This document shows, in pieces, positions 28,622 through 37,561 of a DNA stretch of 64,000 bases. Origin of the DNA: Acidimicrobiia bacterium (lineage in GTDB: Bacteria; Actinomycetota; Acidimicrobiia; Acidimicrobiales; Bin134); the NCBI GenBank assembly GCA_009843865.1, contig VYCQ01000024.1, positions 2,638 to 66,637 on the forward strand, in the 5' to 3' direction. A model generated the notes under the pieces. It ran no database searches. It was not told the origin of the DNA and saw only the letters and a program-made list of their open reading frames with translations. The first letter of the stretch is position 1. The number at the start of each line of letters is the position of its first letter. The translations under genes were made by a program, and so were the position numbers.

Positions 28622-31177
28622 CTAGCGCCCGCGGGCACCGTTGCGACCGCGACGTTGCTGAACCCCGCTAGGACCTAAATCACCAAACTCATCGCGTAGT
28701 TGCTGCTCAAAATCATCCTCAAACGAGGCCACCTGTGAGCCAGATTCACGTTCTCGTTCTTGTTGATCGCGGCGATCCCTGCGGCCATCGTAGCGATCGT
28801 CATAGCGAGAGCCGCGGCGGTCATCACGACGATCGTCACGGTCGCTGCGCCGGTTGCGATCGCGACGTTGTTCATAACGACGATCATCACGACCATTACG
28901 CCTGTCACGCCTAGGACCACGGTCGCGATCATCGCGATCATCATAACGACGATCATCACGATGTCGACCCGAGCTGTCAGCAGCACCCTCATCGCCAGCC
29001 AGCATGAGGCTGATCTTGCCATTAGGGTCAATGTCTTCAACCACAACCTCTAGCTCGTCGCCTAAGGACAGCACATCTTCCACCCGATCAATGCGTGTAC
29101 CACGACCAAGCTTGGAAATATGCACCAGACCATCTCTGCCAGGCAAGATGTTCACGAACGCTCCAAAAGAAGTGATGTTCACCACCTTACCGGTGTAAAC
29201 CTCTCCCACTCCGGCAGTGGGCGGATCCAAAATCAAGCGGATCTGCCGCTCAGCCTCATTCACCGAATCCCTGTCCGACGAAGCAATGGTAACCATACCG
29301 CTGTCTTGATGATCGTCTACGCTCACCTCTGCCCCGGTCTCAACCTGAATAGAGTTGATCACCTTACCTTTGGGCCCAATGACCTCGCCGATCTTATCTA
29401 ACGGGATCTCAAACTTGACGATCTTAGGTGCCGTGGGGCGCACATCGCTACGAGGCGCATCAATGGCCTTAACCATCACGTCCAAGATCTTCAAGCGGGC
29501 CTCACGGGCCTGATTCAGCGCCCCCGCCAACACCTCAGCAGGCAACCCATCAATTTTGGTGTCTAACTGCAAGGCTGTAACGAAATCAGCCGTACCAGCC
29601 ACCTTGAAGTCCATGTCGCCGTAGGCATCTTCAGCACCCAAAATGTCGGTAAGCGTAATGTATTGACCCTCGTGTAACACCAAGCCCATCGCGATGCCAG
29701 CCACAGGTGCTGCGATAGGCACCCCAGCATCCATGAGAGACAAAGTGGATGCACACACCGATGCCATTGAAGTGGAACCATTGGACGACAACACCTCTGA
29801 CACTAAGCGCAGGGTATAAGGAAAATCATCCATATGCGGGATCACCGGCACTAAAGCTTTTTCGGCTAAAGCACCGTGACCAATCTCGCGACGCTTTGGC
29901 CCCCGCATAAAACCGGTCTCACCCGTGGAATAAGGCGGAAAGTTGTAATGGTGTATGTAACGCTTTTTGTCGTTGGGATCAATGCCATCAATCATCTGAT
30001 CCATCCGGGCTGTACCGAGCGTAGCAATGTTCAGCACCTGCGTCTCGCCCCGCTCAAACAATCCCGACCCATGAGAGATGTCCACAATACCCACATCAGC
30101 AGCTAGCGGACGTATATCAGTGGTTGAACGGCCATCTATCCTTATGCCCTCGCTGACGATACGGTTGCGCACAATACTCTTAGTAAGCGAGCGAACCGCA
30201 GCTGATGCTTGCTTAGCTATGTCACTTGCTAGCTCAGGGTTGTCGTTTTCATTGAATCGCTCTAGTAGCACTGCAAGGATTTCTTCTTTAGCCTGATCTT
30301 CTGCTGCCTGACGCTCGGCCTTGTCGGCGATGGTCATGGCTGCGGTGAGCTTGGCTGTACCAACTTCGGCTACCGCAGCATTCACCTCAGGGGTGTAGTC
30401 AACCTGAAGTTCATATTCCATAGGAGCCTTAACTCCGACAGTAGCGATCAGGCGACGCTGAAGCCCTACAGCCTCTTTAATCCATTCCTTGGAAGCTTCA
30501 AGCCCTTCGGCTAGGGCCGCTTCATCCATCTTAGGAGTGCCGCCTTCATACAACGAACAACTTGCCTCGGTGCCGTTTGCCTCCACCATCATGATTGCTA
30601 CATCGCCGTCATCAAGCACACGACCAGCCACCACCATCTCAAAAGTGGATTCGCTACCCTCAACATAGGTTGGATGAGCAACCCACTCCCCTTGCGAATT
30701 GTGAGCTATCCTCACTGCCCCAATAGGTCCAGCAAAAGGAATACCTGAGATACTCAAAGCGGCTGATGCACCGTTAATGGCCAGCACATCATAAGGATTT
30801 TCCTGATCGGCACCCAACACCGTGCCCACAATATGAACCTCATTACGAAAACCTTCAGGAAACGAAGGACGCAGCGGCCGATCAATCAGCCGACAAGTCA
30901 AGATGGCTGACTCTGCGGCTCGCCCCTCTCGCCGGAAAAAGGAACCAGGAATTTTACCAGCGGCATACATCCGCTCTTCGATATCTACTGTCAGTGGAAA
31001 GAAGTCGGTGCCTTCACGTACCCGTCGAGCTGCGGTTGCGGTTACCAATATGGTGGTTTCGCCCATACGGGAGAGCACTGCTCCGTCTGCTTGTCCTGCT
31101 AGACGACCTGCTTCAAAACACAAGATTTTAGATTCAGCACCCCCAACAGGAGCCGACACTGTAATGGCATCCGCCAT
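28622..31177 (-). CDS. pnp: polyribonucleotide nucleotidyltransferase (PNPase) with an Arg/Asp-rich C-terminal extension
   Basis: Two RNase PH domains, KH domain, and S1 domain (GEVYTGKVVNITSFGAFVNILPGRDGLVHIS). These are followed by a low-complexity R/D tail after ...DPNGKISLMLAG. Confidence 0.95.
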   Translation of the reverse strand: MADAITVSAPVGGAESKILCFEAGRLAGQADGAVLSRMGETTILVTATAARRVREGTDFFPLTVDIEERMYAAGKIPGSFFRREGRAAESAILTCRLIDRPLRPSFPEGFRNEVHIVGTVLGADQENPYDVLAINGASAALSISGIPFAGPIGAVRIAHNSQGEWVAHPTYVEGSESTFEMVVAGRVLDDGDVAIMMVEANGTEASCSLYEGGTPKMDEAALAEGLEASKEWIKEAVGLQRRLIATVGVKAPMEYELQVDYTPEVNAAVAEVGTAKLTAAMTIADKAERQAAEDQAKEEILAVLLERFNENDNPELASDIAKQASAAVRSLTKSIVRNRIVSEGIRIDGRSTTDIRPLAADVGIVDISHGSGLFERGETQVLNIATLGTARMDQMIDGIDPNDKKRYIHHYNFPPYSTGETGFMRGPKRREIGHGALAEKALVPVIPHMDDFPYTLRLVSEVLSSNGSTSMASVCASTLSLMDAGVPIAAPVAGIAMGLVLHEGQYITLTDILGAEDAYGDMDFKVAGTADFVTALQLDTKIDGLPAEVLAGALNQAREARLKILDVMVKAIDAPRSDVRPTAPKIVKFEIPLDKIGEVIGPKGKVINSIQVETGAEVSVDDHQDSGMVTIASSDRDSVNEAERQIRLILDPPTAGVGEVYTGKVVNITSFGAFVNILPGRDGLVHISKLGRGTRIDRVEDVLSLGDELEVVVEDIDPNGKISLMLAGDEGAADSSGRHRDDRRYDDRDDRDRGPRRDRRNGRDDRRYEQRRDRNRRSDRDDRRDDRRGSRYDDRYDGRRDRRDQQERERESGSQVASFEDDFEQQLRDEFGDLGPSGVQQRRGRNGARGR

Positions 31178-31218
31178 GATTTCTCCATTTTCTCTTTCGA
31201 CCCCGCAGGGCCTGCCTC

Positions 31219-31488
31219 TTAACGACGAAGTCCAAGCTCGGCGATAATGCCCCGATACCGCTCCACATCATTACTTCTGACGTAGTCCAAAAGTCGCCTG
31301 CGTTGCCCTACTATCATCAAAAGGCCACGCCTGCTGTGATGATCTTTCACATGAACCTTCAAATGCTCGGTGAGGTGATCAATCCGCTGAGTGAGCAGGG
31401 CAATCTGAACCTCGGGTGAGCCAGTATCAGACTCATGCAAGCGGTGTTTTTCAATAGTTGCAGTTTTGGGCGGTAACTTCTCTGCCAT
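31219..31488 (-). CDS. rpsO: 30S ribosomal protein S15
   Basis: 89 aa, with [26 protein letters not shown]. It sits upstream of pnp. Confidence 0.96.
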   Translation of the reverse strand: MAEKLPPKTATIEKHRLHESDTGSPEVQIALLTQRIDHLTEHLKVHVKDHHSRRGLLMIVGQRRRLLDYVRSNDVERYRGIIAELGLRR

Positions 31489-31706
31489 CGGTACTTAATA
31501 TCTTCATCATCGATAAACGGACTCCAGTACTGGTGCCTGAATTGATCTAGTCACTTCATCAGGTCACGTTCTTCAGTACCCGTGTCCAGCTAACCGCTTT
31601 AAGTTACCACCATGATGAGCCAGTTAGCTACCTGAGGACAAAAGCTTCAGAATAAGTGACCCAATTAGCCTGCATGACCCAATCCAACTAAGAGATACTA
31701 GAAGCA

Positions 31707-32570
31707 ATGCAAGTGGTTTCTTTTGGCAGCTTGAACTACGACATGTCAATTTGGCTAGATCGACTACCCAACCCAGATGAAACCTTACGAGCCACCAAAA
31801 TGCAGACCTTCTGCGGCGGCAAAGGTGCCAACCAAGCCACCGCCGCAGCTCGCCTAGGTGCTGAAGCTTATCTAGTGGGGTGTGTAGGCAATGATGACCG
31901 CGGTGACTGGCTATTAGAAATGCTGACAGCCAGCAAAGTAAACATTAGCCATGTCCGCAGGGTGGCTGAACCCACTGGAACTGCGGTGCCTCTTATCACC
32001 CCCGAGGACGTGTCTATCGTGGTCGCATCAGGGGCTAATGCCAGCACCAACGTAGACGATGCGGAGGCAGCAAGCGAGTTAATCGCTACTAGCGATGTGC
32101 TGTTAATTCAAGGCGAAGCTGCTGCTGCGGGGGCACGCAGAGCAGCTCAAATTGCTCGCAAAGCTGCCACCACCGTGCTGGTGAACCCGGCACCAGTAGA
32201 CCCTTTCTTGATAGAGGCTGTGGTTCCCTTGGCCGATGTGTTAGTGGTGAACCGGGTAGAACAAGCCCAGATAAAAGCAATCGGTCTAGATACCAGTGGC
32301 TGCCAAACAATCTTGACTCTAGGTAGCGGTGGGGCTCAGGTAAACGATGTGGTGGTGCCTCCATTTCCCATCACCACAGTTGATCAAACTGGTGCTGGGG
32401 ATGCCTTTTGTGGGGCTTTAGGTGTAGCCATTGCCGAGGGGACAACAATTCTAGATGCGGTTCGCTTCGCCAACGCCGCTGGTGCCCTCGCCTCCTCTCA
32501 AGCAGGTGCCCAACCATCCATGCCCACCCGCCAAGCAGTACAAGCCTTACTGAGTCGGGGCAATAGCTAA
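31707..32570 (+). CDS. rbsK: ribokinase-like PfkB family sugar kinase
   Basis: GGKGANQA and DQTGAGDAFCGAL signatures of ribokinase. Substrate is not verifiable from sequence alone. Confidence 0.75.
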   Translation: MQVVSFGSLNYDMSIWLDRLPNPDETLRATKMQTFCGGKGANQATAAARLGAEAYLVGCVGNDDRGDWLLEMLTASKVNISHVRRVAEPTGTAVPLITPEDVSIVVASGANASTNVDDAEAASELIATSDVLLIQGEAAAAGARRAAQIARKAATTVLVNPAPVDPFLIEAVVPLADVLVVNRVEQAQIKAIGLDTSGCQTILTLGSGGAQVNDVVVPPFPITTVDQTGAGDAFCGALGVAIAEGTTILDAVRFANAAGALASSQAGAQPSMPTRQAVQALLSRGNS

Positions 32571-32584
32571 TATGCAAACTTCGT

Positions 32585-33811
32585 ATGCGTATCCTCATTG
32601 CTGACCGCCTAGCAGAAAGCGTTGTTGAACGTTTGCGAGCTGGCGGTGATATGTGCGAGGTAAACCCTACGCTAAACGCTGCAAGCTTGCCCGAACATAT
32701 TGACGATTTTGATGTGCTGGTGGTGCGCAGCACCAAAGTAACCGCAGCCACCCTAAATGCGAACAACAGCTTAGGCATGATTCTCAGAGCCGGAGCCGGT
32801 ACTAACAATATCGACACCAAGCGTGCTGGCGAGTTGGGCATCTTCGTATGCAATGTGCCTGGACGCAACGCTATAGCTGTTGCTGAGCTGACCATCGGGC
32901 TGATGTTCGCAATAGATCGCCACATAGCTCCCGCCACTGCTGAATTGCGAGTTGGCGACTGGAACAAACAAACCTACAGCAAAGCTCGCGGGCTGTTTGG
33001 CTCTACCTTAGGCATCATCGGCATGGGCGCTATCGGGCTGCACGTAGCGCAACGAGCTAAAGCTTGTGGGCTACGGATAATCGCCGTAACCAACCCTGCC
33101 CGAAGCCAAACCACACGCACCCAAATGGCCGACATCGGGGTAGAAGAGGTGGCCAACCGTGACATGCTGTTAGGGGCCAGCGACATCGTCTCAGTACATG
33201 TGCCTGCCGAGACAGATACCAATCAGATGGTAGATGCGAAGTTCTTAGCGGCTATGAAAAACGATGCCGTGCTCATCAACACCAGCAGAGGTGATTTAAT
33301 AGACGAGGACGCATTATTAGCAGCCCTGGATTCCACCGATTTGCGAGCCGGTCTAGATGTGTTCGCCAGCGAACCATCTAGTGGAACTGGAAAGTTCATA
33401 AGCAAGCTAGCCCAACACCCTAAAGTAACAGCCACTCACCACATCGGTGCGTCCACCGAACAAGCTCAAGCAGCAATTGCCGAGGGGACAGCAGAAGTAA
33501 TCGAAGCTTATCGACGCGGCGATGTGCTCAACTGTGTGAACTTAGAAGCTATCCCAAAGGGCACCGCCACCTTGAGCATCCGCCATTACAACCGTGTTGG
33601 GGTGCTGGCCAGCGTGCTTCGCGAGATGAGCAGCAGAGGTCTAAACGTAGCAAACATGCAAAATCGTATACTCGCTGGCTCTAAAGCTGCGGTAGCAGTG
33701 ATTGAGGTGACGGGCAGCATTGACGATGAGCTGCTAGGGCTGCTTGGCGCGTTAGACAACGTGATCTGTGTGGCGTTACAAGATGCTCGCACCCCCGCTG
33801 CTTCACAATGA
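32585..33811 (+). CDS. serA: D-isomer-specific 2-hydroxyacid dehydrogenase with C-terminal ACT domain (D-3-phosphoglycerate dehydrogenase-like)
   Basis: NAD motif GIIGMGAIG, catalytic R/E/H region, and a C-terminal ACT-like segment (LSIRHYNRVGVLASVLREMS). Confidence 0.78.
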   Translation: MRILIADRLAESVVERLRAGGDMCEVNPTLNAASLPEHIDDFDVLVVRSTKVTAATLNANNSLGMILRAGAGTNNIDTKRAGELGIFVCNVPGRNAIAVAELTIGLMFAIDRHIAPATAELRVGDWNKQTYSKARGLFGSTLGIIGMGAIGLHVAQRAKACGLRIIAVTNPARSQTTRTQMADIGVEEVANRDMLLGASDIVSVHVPAETDTNQMVDAKFLAAMKNDAVLINTSRGDLIDEDALLAALDSTDLRAGLDVFASEPSSGTGKFISKLAQHPKVTATHHIGASTEQAQAAIAEGTAEVIEAYRRGDVLNCVNLEAIPKGTATLSIRHYNRVGVLASVLREMSSRGLNVANMQNRILAGSKAAVAVIEVTGSIDDELLGLLGALDNVICVALQDARTPAASQ

Positions 33812-35127
33812 CCTCGCACTGGGCCAAGAAAGCTAGCAGCCCTAGTACTACAAGCAGCCATCACATTAGAGACGAGCCGTTAGTAGCACCTTTTGCCGGA
33901 TGGATGGTGCGACCTAACTGGGCTGAGCGGGTGATCAGCCGCTCATACGACAACCTCACACCCGCACAACGGCGCAACTTGATCGCCACCAACCCTTACA
34001 GCTACATGAACGTAACCAGAGGCCCTGAAGTTGATCTTGACAGCACTGCTGACCAAGAACATCAGCCGCCAACAGACCTGATCGCACATGGCCGCTCGGC
34101 ACTTGCACGACTGCTTTCAGTCGAGGCGTTTGTTCCCAGCAAGCGCAAAGCGCTCTATCTATATCGCCTCAACCACTCACAAGGACAACAAATCGGGTTG
34201 GTTTGCACGGTTGCGGTCGCAGGCTTTGAAGATGGGCGAATTCGTGTTCATGAAAATGTCCACAATGAGCGGGCTGACCTCCTCAAGAACCACCTGCTAG
34301 GGGTGGGCGCTACCTCAAGCCCAGTGGCTATGACGATAAGAAGTTCTGACGACCTGCTAGATGAGCTGCAAAACATCACATCCAATAAGCCTGCGGAGTT
34401 GGAATTTGGATCTGACGAAGTATGCCATCAGATTTGGACCGTACCGGAAGCACGCACCAAACGTCTGCTTAATCTGTTAAGCGAACGCGTGCTATACGTG
34501 ACCGACGGCCATCACCGATCAGCCGCCGCAACCAGAGCACTCGAAGCTGAACCGCACAACCCGGTGTTAAGCCGCCTACTAAGCGTTTTGTTCTGCGACC
34601 AACAGCTTCATGTACAAGCTTTTCACCGGCTAGCTGTAGACCAACACAACCGACACCCCCAAGATTGCCTCACGGCACTAGCAGCTCATACAAAGGTAGA
34701 GCCAGCTACATCCCCGCACACAGCTCAACGCGGCACTGCTGGCACAGCTGGATTGTATTTGGCAGGAAACTGGTACAGATTGGCTATACCGCCTGCAACC
34801 GATACCAGCGCAGTCAGCGCACTGGATGTAGAACGGTTACGCAAACACGTTCTCTGGCCAATACTGGGTGTCGACGAACTAAACCATCTTGATGCCGTGG
34901 AATATCTGCCCGCCTCCGCTGGCTATCAAGAAATGACACGCAAGTGTGATGCTGAAGCACGAATTGGCTTTGCGCTGTGCCCTATGTCGGTTAGCGAGCT
35001 GATAGACGTAGCCGACGAAGGCGGACTCATGCCCCCCAAGTCCAGCTTCTTTGCGCCCAAACCCCGCTCTGGCGTGTTCTTGCGGATGTTGGGCCGCGGT
35101 GCCACCGCCCACCTGCCTGCCTCTTAA
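33808..35127 (+). CDS. DUF1015 family protein (function unknown)
   Basis: N-terminal APFAG...V....YD and the family-typical VTDGHHRSAAA motif. The ATG overlaps the upstream stop (ATGA). Confidence 0.72.
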   Translation: MTSHWAKKASSPSTTSSHHIRDEPLVAPFAGWMVRPNWAERVISRSYDNLTPAQRRNLIATNPYSYMNVTRGPEVDLDSTADQEHQPPTDLIAHGRSALARLLSVEAFVPSKRKALYLYRLNHSQGQQIGLVCTVAVAGFEDGRIRVHENVHNERADLLKNHLLGVGATSSPVAMTIRSSDDLLDELQNITSNKPAELEFGSDEVCHQIWTVPEARTKRLLNLLSERVLYVTDGHHRSAAATRALEAEPHNPVLSRLLSVLFCDQQLHVQAFHRLAVDQHNRHPQDCLTALAAHTKVEPATSPHTAQRGTAGTAGLYLAGNWYRLAIPPATDTSAVSALDVERLRKHVLWPILGVDELNHLDAVEYLPASAGYQEMTRKCDAEARIGFALCPMSVSELIDVADEGGLMPPKSSFFAPKPRSGVFLRMLGRGATAHLPAS

Positions 35128-37385
35128 AGAGCAGCCAAAGCCTTCCAAATACGCTCGGGAGTAGTAGGCATATCGACATGAGACACCCCTAGGTGGCTTA
35201 GTGCATCCACCACAGCGTTATGAATAGCCGGGGTAGAGCCGATGGTGCCTGATTCACCAATTCCTTTGGCCCCGAGGGGATTAAGCGGGCTAGCAGTTTC
35301 GGTGTTATACACCTCAAAACTAGGCAAATCGGCGGCACTAGGCATGAGATAATCAGCAAGGTTGGTAGTACGAGGATTAGCCTCACTGTCATACTGCACC
35401 CACTCATAGAGCGCCTGAGCCGCCCCTTGGCCTACCCCGCCATGCTGTTGACCTTCTACGATCAGCGGGTTCAAAATGATACCGCAATCATCCACAGCCA
35501 CATGGCGCAATAACTCCACGCCACCGGTCTCAATATCCACTTCCACCACCGCCACATGAACCCCGAACGGAAAAGTGGATCCTCCTTGATCAAAATCCAA
35601 CTCGTGGGAGATCGCTCCCTCATCGGTAGCGGCTGCCAGATCAACCCAAGATGCAGCCTGAGCAGGCATACCCGTCACATGCAAACCGCCATCGCCCACC
35701 ACTATGTCATCCACGCTGACCTCTAACTGCTGAGCAGCCAACTCCTTGGCCTCTGCCAACACTTGCTCGCTGACCTTTAAAACCGCACTGCCAGCAATCT
35801 GAAGAGAGCGAGAACCTGCGGTACCCCCACCTCGAGGAATCTCAGCCGTGTCGGACTGAACAAACCTTATCTTTTCCATGGATACACCCAAGATGTCTTG
35901 CACGATCATTGAAAAGGAGGTGGCGTGACCTTGGCCGTGCGCGCTAGTACCCACCCGCACCTCTACGGAGCCATCGCTTAGCACATCAATCTTGGCGTAT
36001 TCGCTATGCATACCCATCGGAGCAGTGATCTCCACATAACAAGACACCCCGATTCCTAGCAATTTGGTGTCTTTTGCCTTTCGTCTGTTGGCTTGGTTAA
36101 TCCGCAGATCCTGGTAATCCGCAGCCTTAACAGCAACATCCAAGGCCTTCTCGTAATCACCGGAGTCATAAACAGCACCCGTGCAGGTGGTATAGGGAAA
36201 CTGGTCTGAGGTGATTAAGTTACGCCTGCGCAACTCCACAGGATCGACACCCAACTCGGCTGCGGCAACATCAATCACCCGTTCAAGGATTTGCGTGGCT
36301 TCCGGACGACCCGCACCTCGGTATGCACCTACCGGGGTGGTATTGGTAATCACCGCATCACCCGCAAACTTGATCTGAGGTATACGGTAAACCCCCTGCG
36401 CCATTGTCTGCGTGAGCGCAGGCAAAATACAGCCCACTGCTGGGTACGCACCCGCATCGGCCAAGCAATGCAAATTCAAACCAGTAATCTGGCCCTCAGC
36501 ATCAAAACCCATCTTGGCTGTCAGCAGATGTCCACGACCGTGTGCTAACGCAACCATGTCTTCGGAACGGGTCTCAGTCCACTTCACGGGACGGCCTAGC
36601 TCTAGAGCAGCTTTAGCGGTGATGAGATATTCGCGATACACGCTGTTCTTAGATCCGAAACCACCACCCACCGCTGGTGCTAGCAATCGCACAACGTCCT
36701 CATCAAGCTCTAATGGCTTAGCAAAACTGCCCTTGAGGGCAATAGGGCTTTGGTTTGGAAGGGTTACGGTAATACCGCCTTCAGGAATACCAGGCTCTAC
36801 CAGCACACCATTTGTTTCCATAGGCACTGCGGCCAAACGCTGGCTATGCATCTGTACCTCAGCTACATGAGCGGCTTGGCCTAGGCCATCGTCATCGCCG
36901 ATTTCAGTGTGAAATGCCAAGTTACCACCCTCGTTGTCAGGCCAGATCACAAAGGCATCCTCATCAAGCGCTCTTTCGGGGTCGGCATTAGCGGGCAACA
37001 GGTCGTAGTCCACGAACACCACCTCAGCGGCATCCACACCCTGCTGAGGTGTCTCGCTGACCACCGCAGCAACTATGTCACCCACAAAAAGCACCTTTTC
37101 ACGACAAATCGGCAAGCGCTTAAACTGAGGCAACATCGCAAACGCTGGAGCCGAGGGCAAGTTAATAGTTTCGCTGGTAAACACGGCCAGCACGCCGGGT
37201 GAGGCTTGCGCCTCACTCACATCCACAGACTCAATGTTGGCATGAGCCACCGACGAACGCACAAAGGTGATGTAAGCGGTCTCAGCAGGAGTGAAGTCGT
37301 CATAATAACGTTCAGCACCACTCAAAAAGCCTGGGTCTTCGCGACGCACCACAGCATTGCCCAGAATCGAACCAAAACTCGACAC
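35124..37385 (-). CDS. xanthine dehydrogenase / aldehyde oxidase family molybdopterin-binding large subunit (CoxL form-II-like)
   Basis: 753 aa with a/b hammerhead and MoCo-binding domains. The active-site loop is GAYRGAGRPEA, not the AYXCSFR loop of true CO dehydrogenase. Confidence 0.85.
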   Translation of the reverse strand: MSSFGSILGNAVVRREDPGFLSGAERYYDDFTPAETAYITFVRSSVAHANIESVDVSEAQASPGVLAVFTSETINLPSAPAFAMLPQFKRLPICREKVLFVGDIVAAVVSETPQQGVDAAEVVFVDYDLLPANADPERALDEDAFVIWPDNEGGNLAFHTEIGDDDGLGQAAHVAEVQMHSQRLAAVPMETNGVLVEPGIPEGGITVTLPNQSPIALKGSFAKPLELDEDVVRLLAPAVGGGFGSKNSVYREYLITAKAALELGRPVKWTETRSEDMVALAHGRGHLLTAKMGFDAEGQITGLNLHCLADAGAYPAVGCILPALTQTMAQGVYRIPQIKFAGDAVITNTTPVGAYRGAGRPEATQILERVIDVAAAELGVDPVELRRRNLITSDQFPYTTCTGAVYDSGDYEKALDVAVKAADYQDLRINQANRRKAKDTKLLGIGVSCYVEITAPMGMHSEYAKIDVLSDGSVEVRVGTSAHGQGHATSFSMIVQDILGVSMEKIRFVQSDTAEIPRGGGTAGSRSLQIAGSAVLKVSEQVLAEAKELAAQQLEVSVDDIVVGDGGLHVTGMPAQAASWVDLAAATDEGAISHELDFDQGGSTFPFGVHVAVVEVDIETGGVELLRHVAVDDCGIILNPLIVEGQQHGGVGQGAAQALYEWVQYDSEANPRTTNLADYLMPSAADLPSFEVYNTETASPLNPLGAKGIGESGTIGSTPAIHNAVVDALSHLGVSHVDMPTTPERIWKALAAL

Positions 37386-37561
37386 GCTATTCCCCTTCAG
37401 ATCTTGTCAACGGTTCGCTGACAATACAACCCCCAAGATGTTAGACCAGCGAACCAAACGGACCTACTTCTGCAATGCGCCATGAGCTATAGCCCCTAAG
37501 CAGGTGACCTTTCGCATCTGTTGTGTTTTCAATGTTTTGATCATGCTGAGAAACTTGGACA

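Noticed and set aside
28675-29053. Two overlapping ORFs (123 aa on minus, 97 aa on plus) with striking I/V/T/A/M repeat peptides
   Set aside because: They are alternative-frame readings of the degenerate CG(N)CGATCATCA-type repeat that encodes the PNPase R/D tail. The pnp frame is continuous with the S1 domain and explains the sequence.
31178-31218. Actino-pnp-type autoregulatory RNA motif between rpsO and pnp
   Set aside because: The spacer is only about 40 nt and offers just a weak 5-bp GGCCC-UGCG-GGGUC hairpin. I cannot support a call without a covariance-model search.
32371-32967. 198-aa minus-strand ORF spanning the rbsK 3' end, the intergenic gap and the serA-like 5' end
   Set aside because: It is antisense to two well-supported genes. 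Its translation is Arg/Ser/Pro/Leu-rich with no recognisable motif, no plausible RBS was noted, and long stop-free antisense frames are expected at this GC level.
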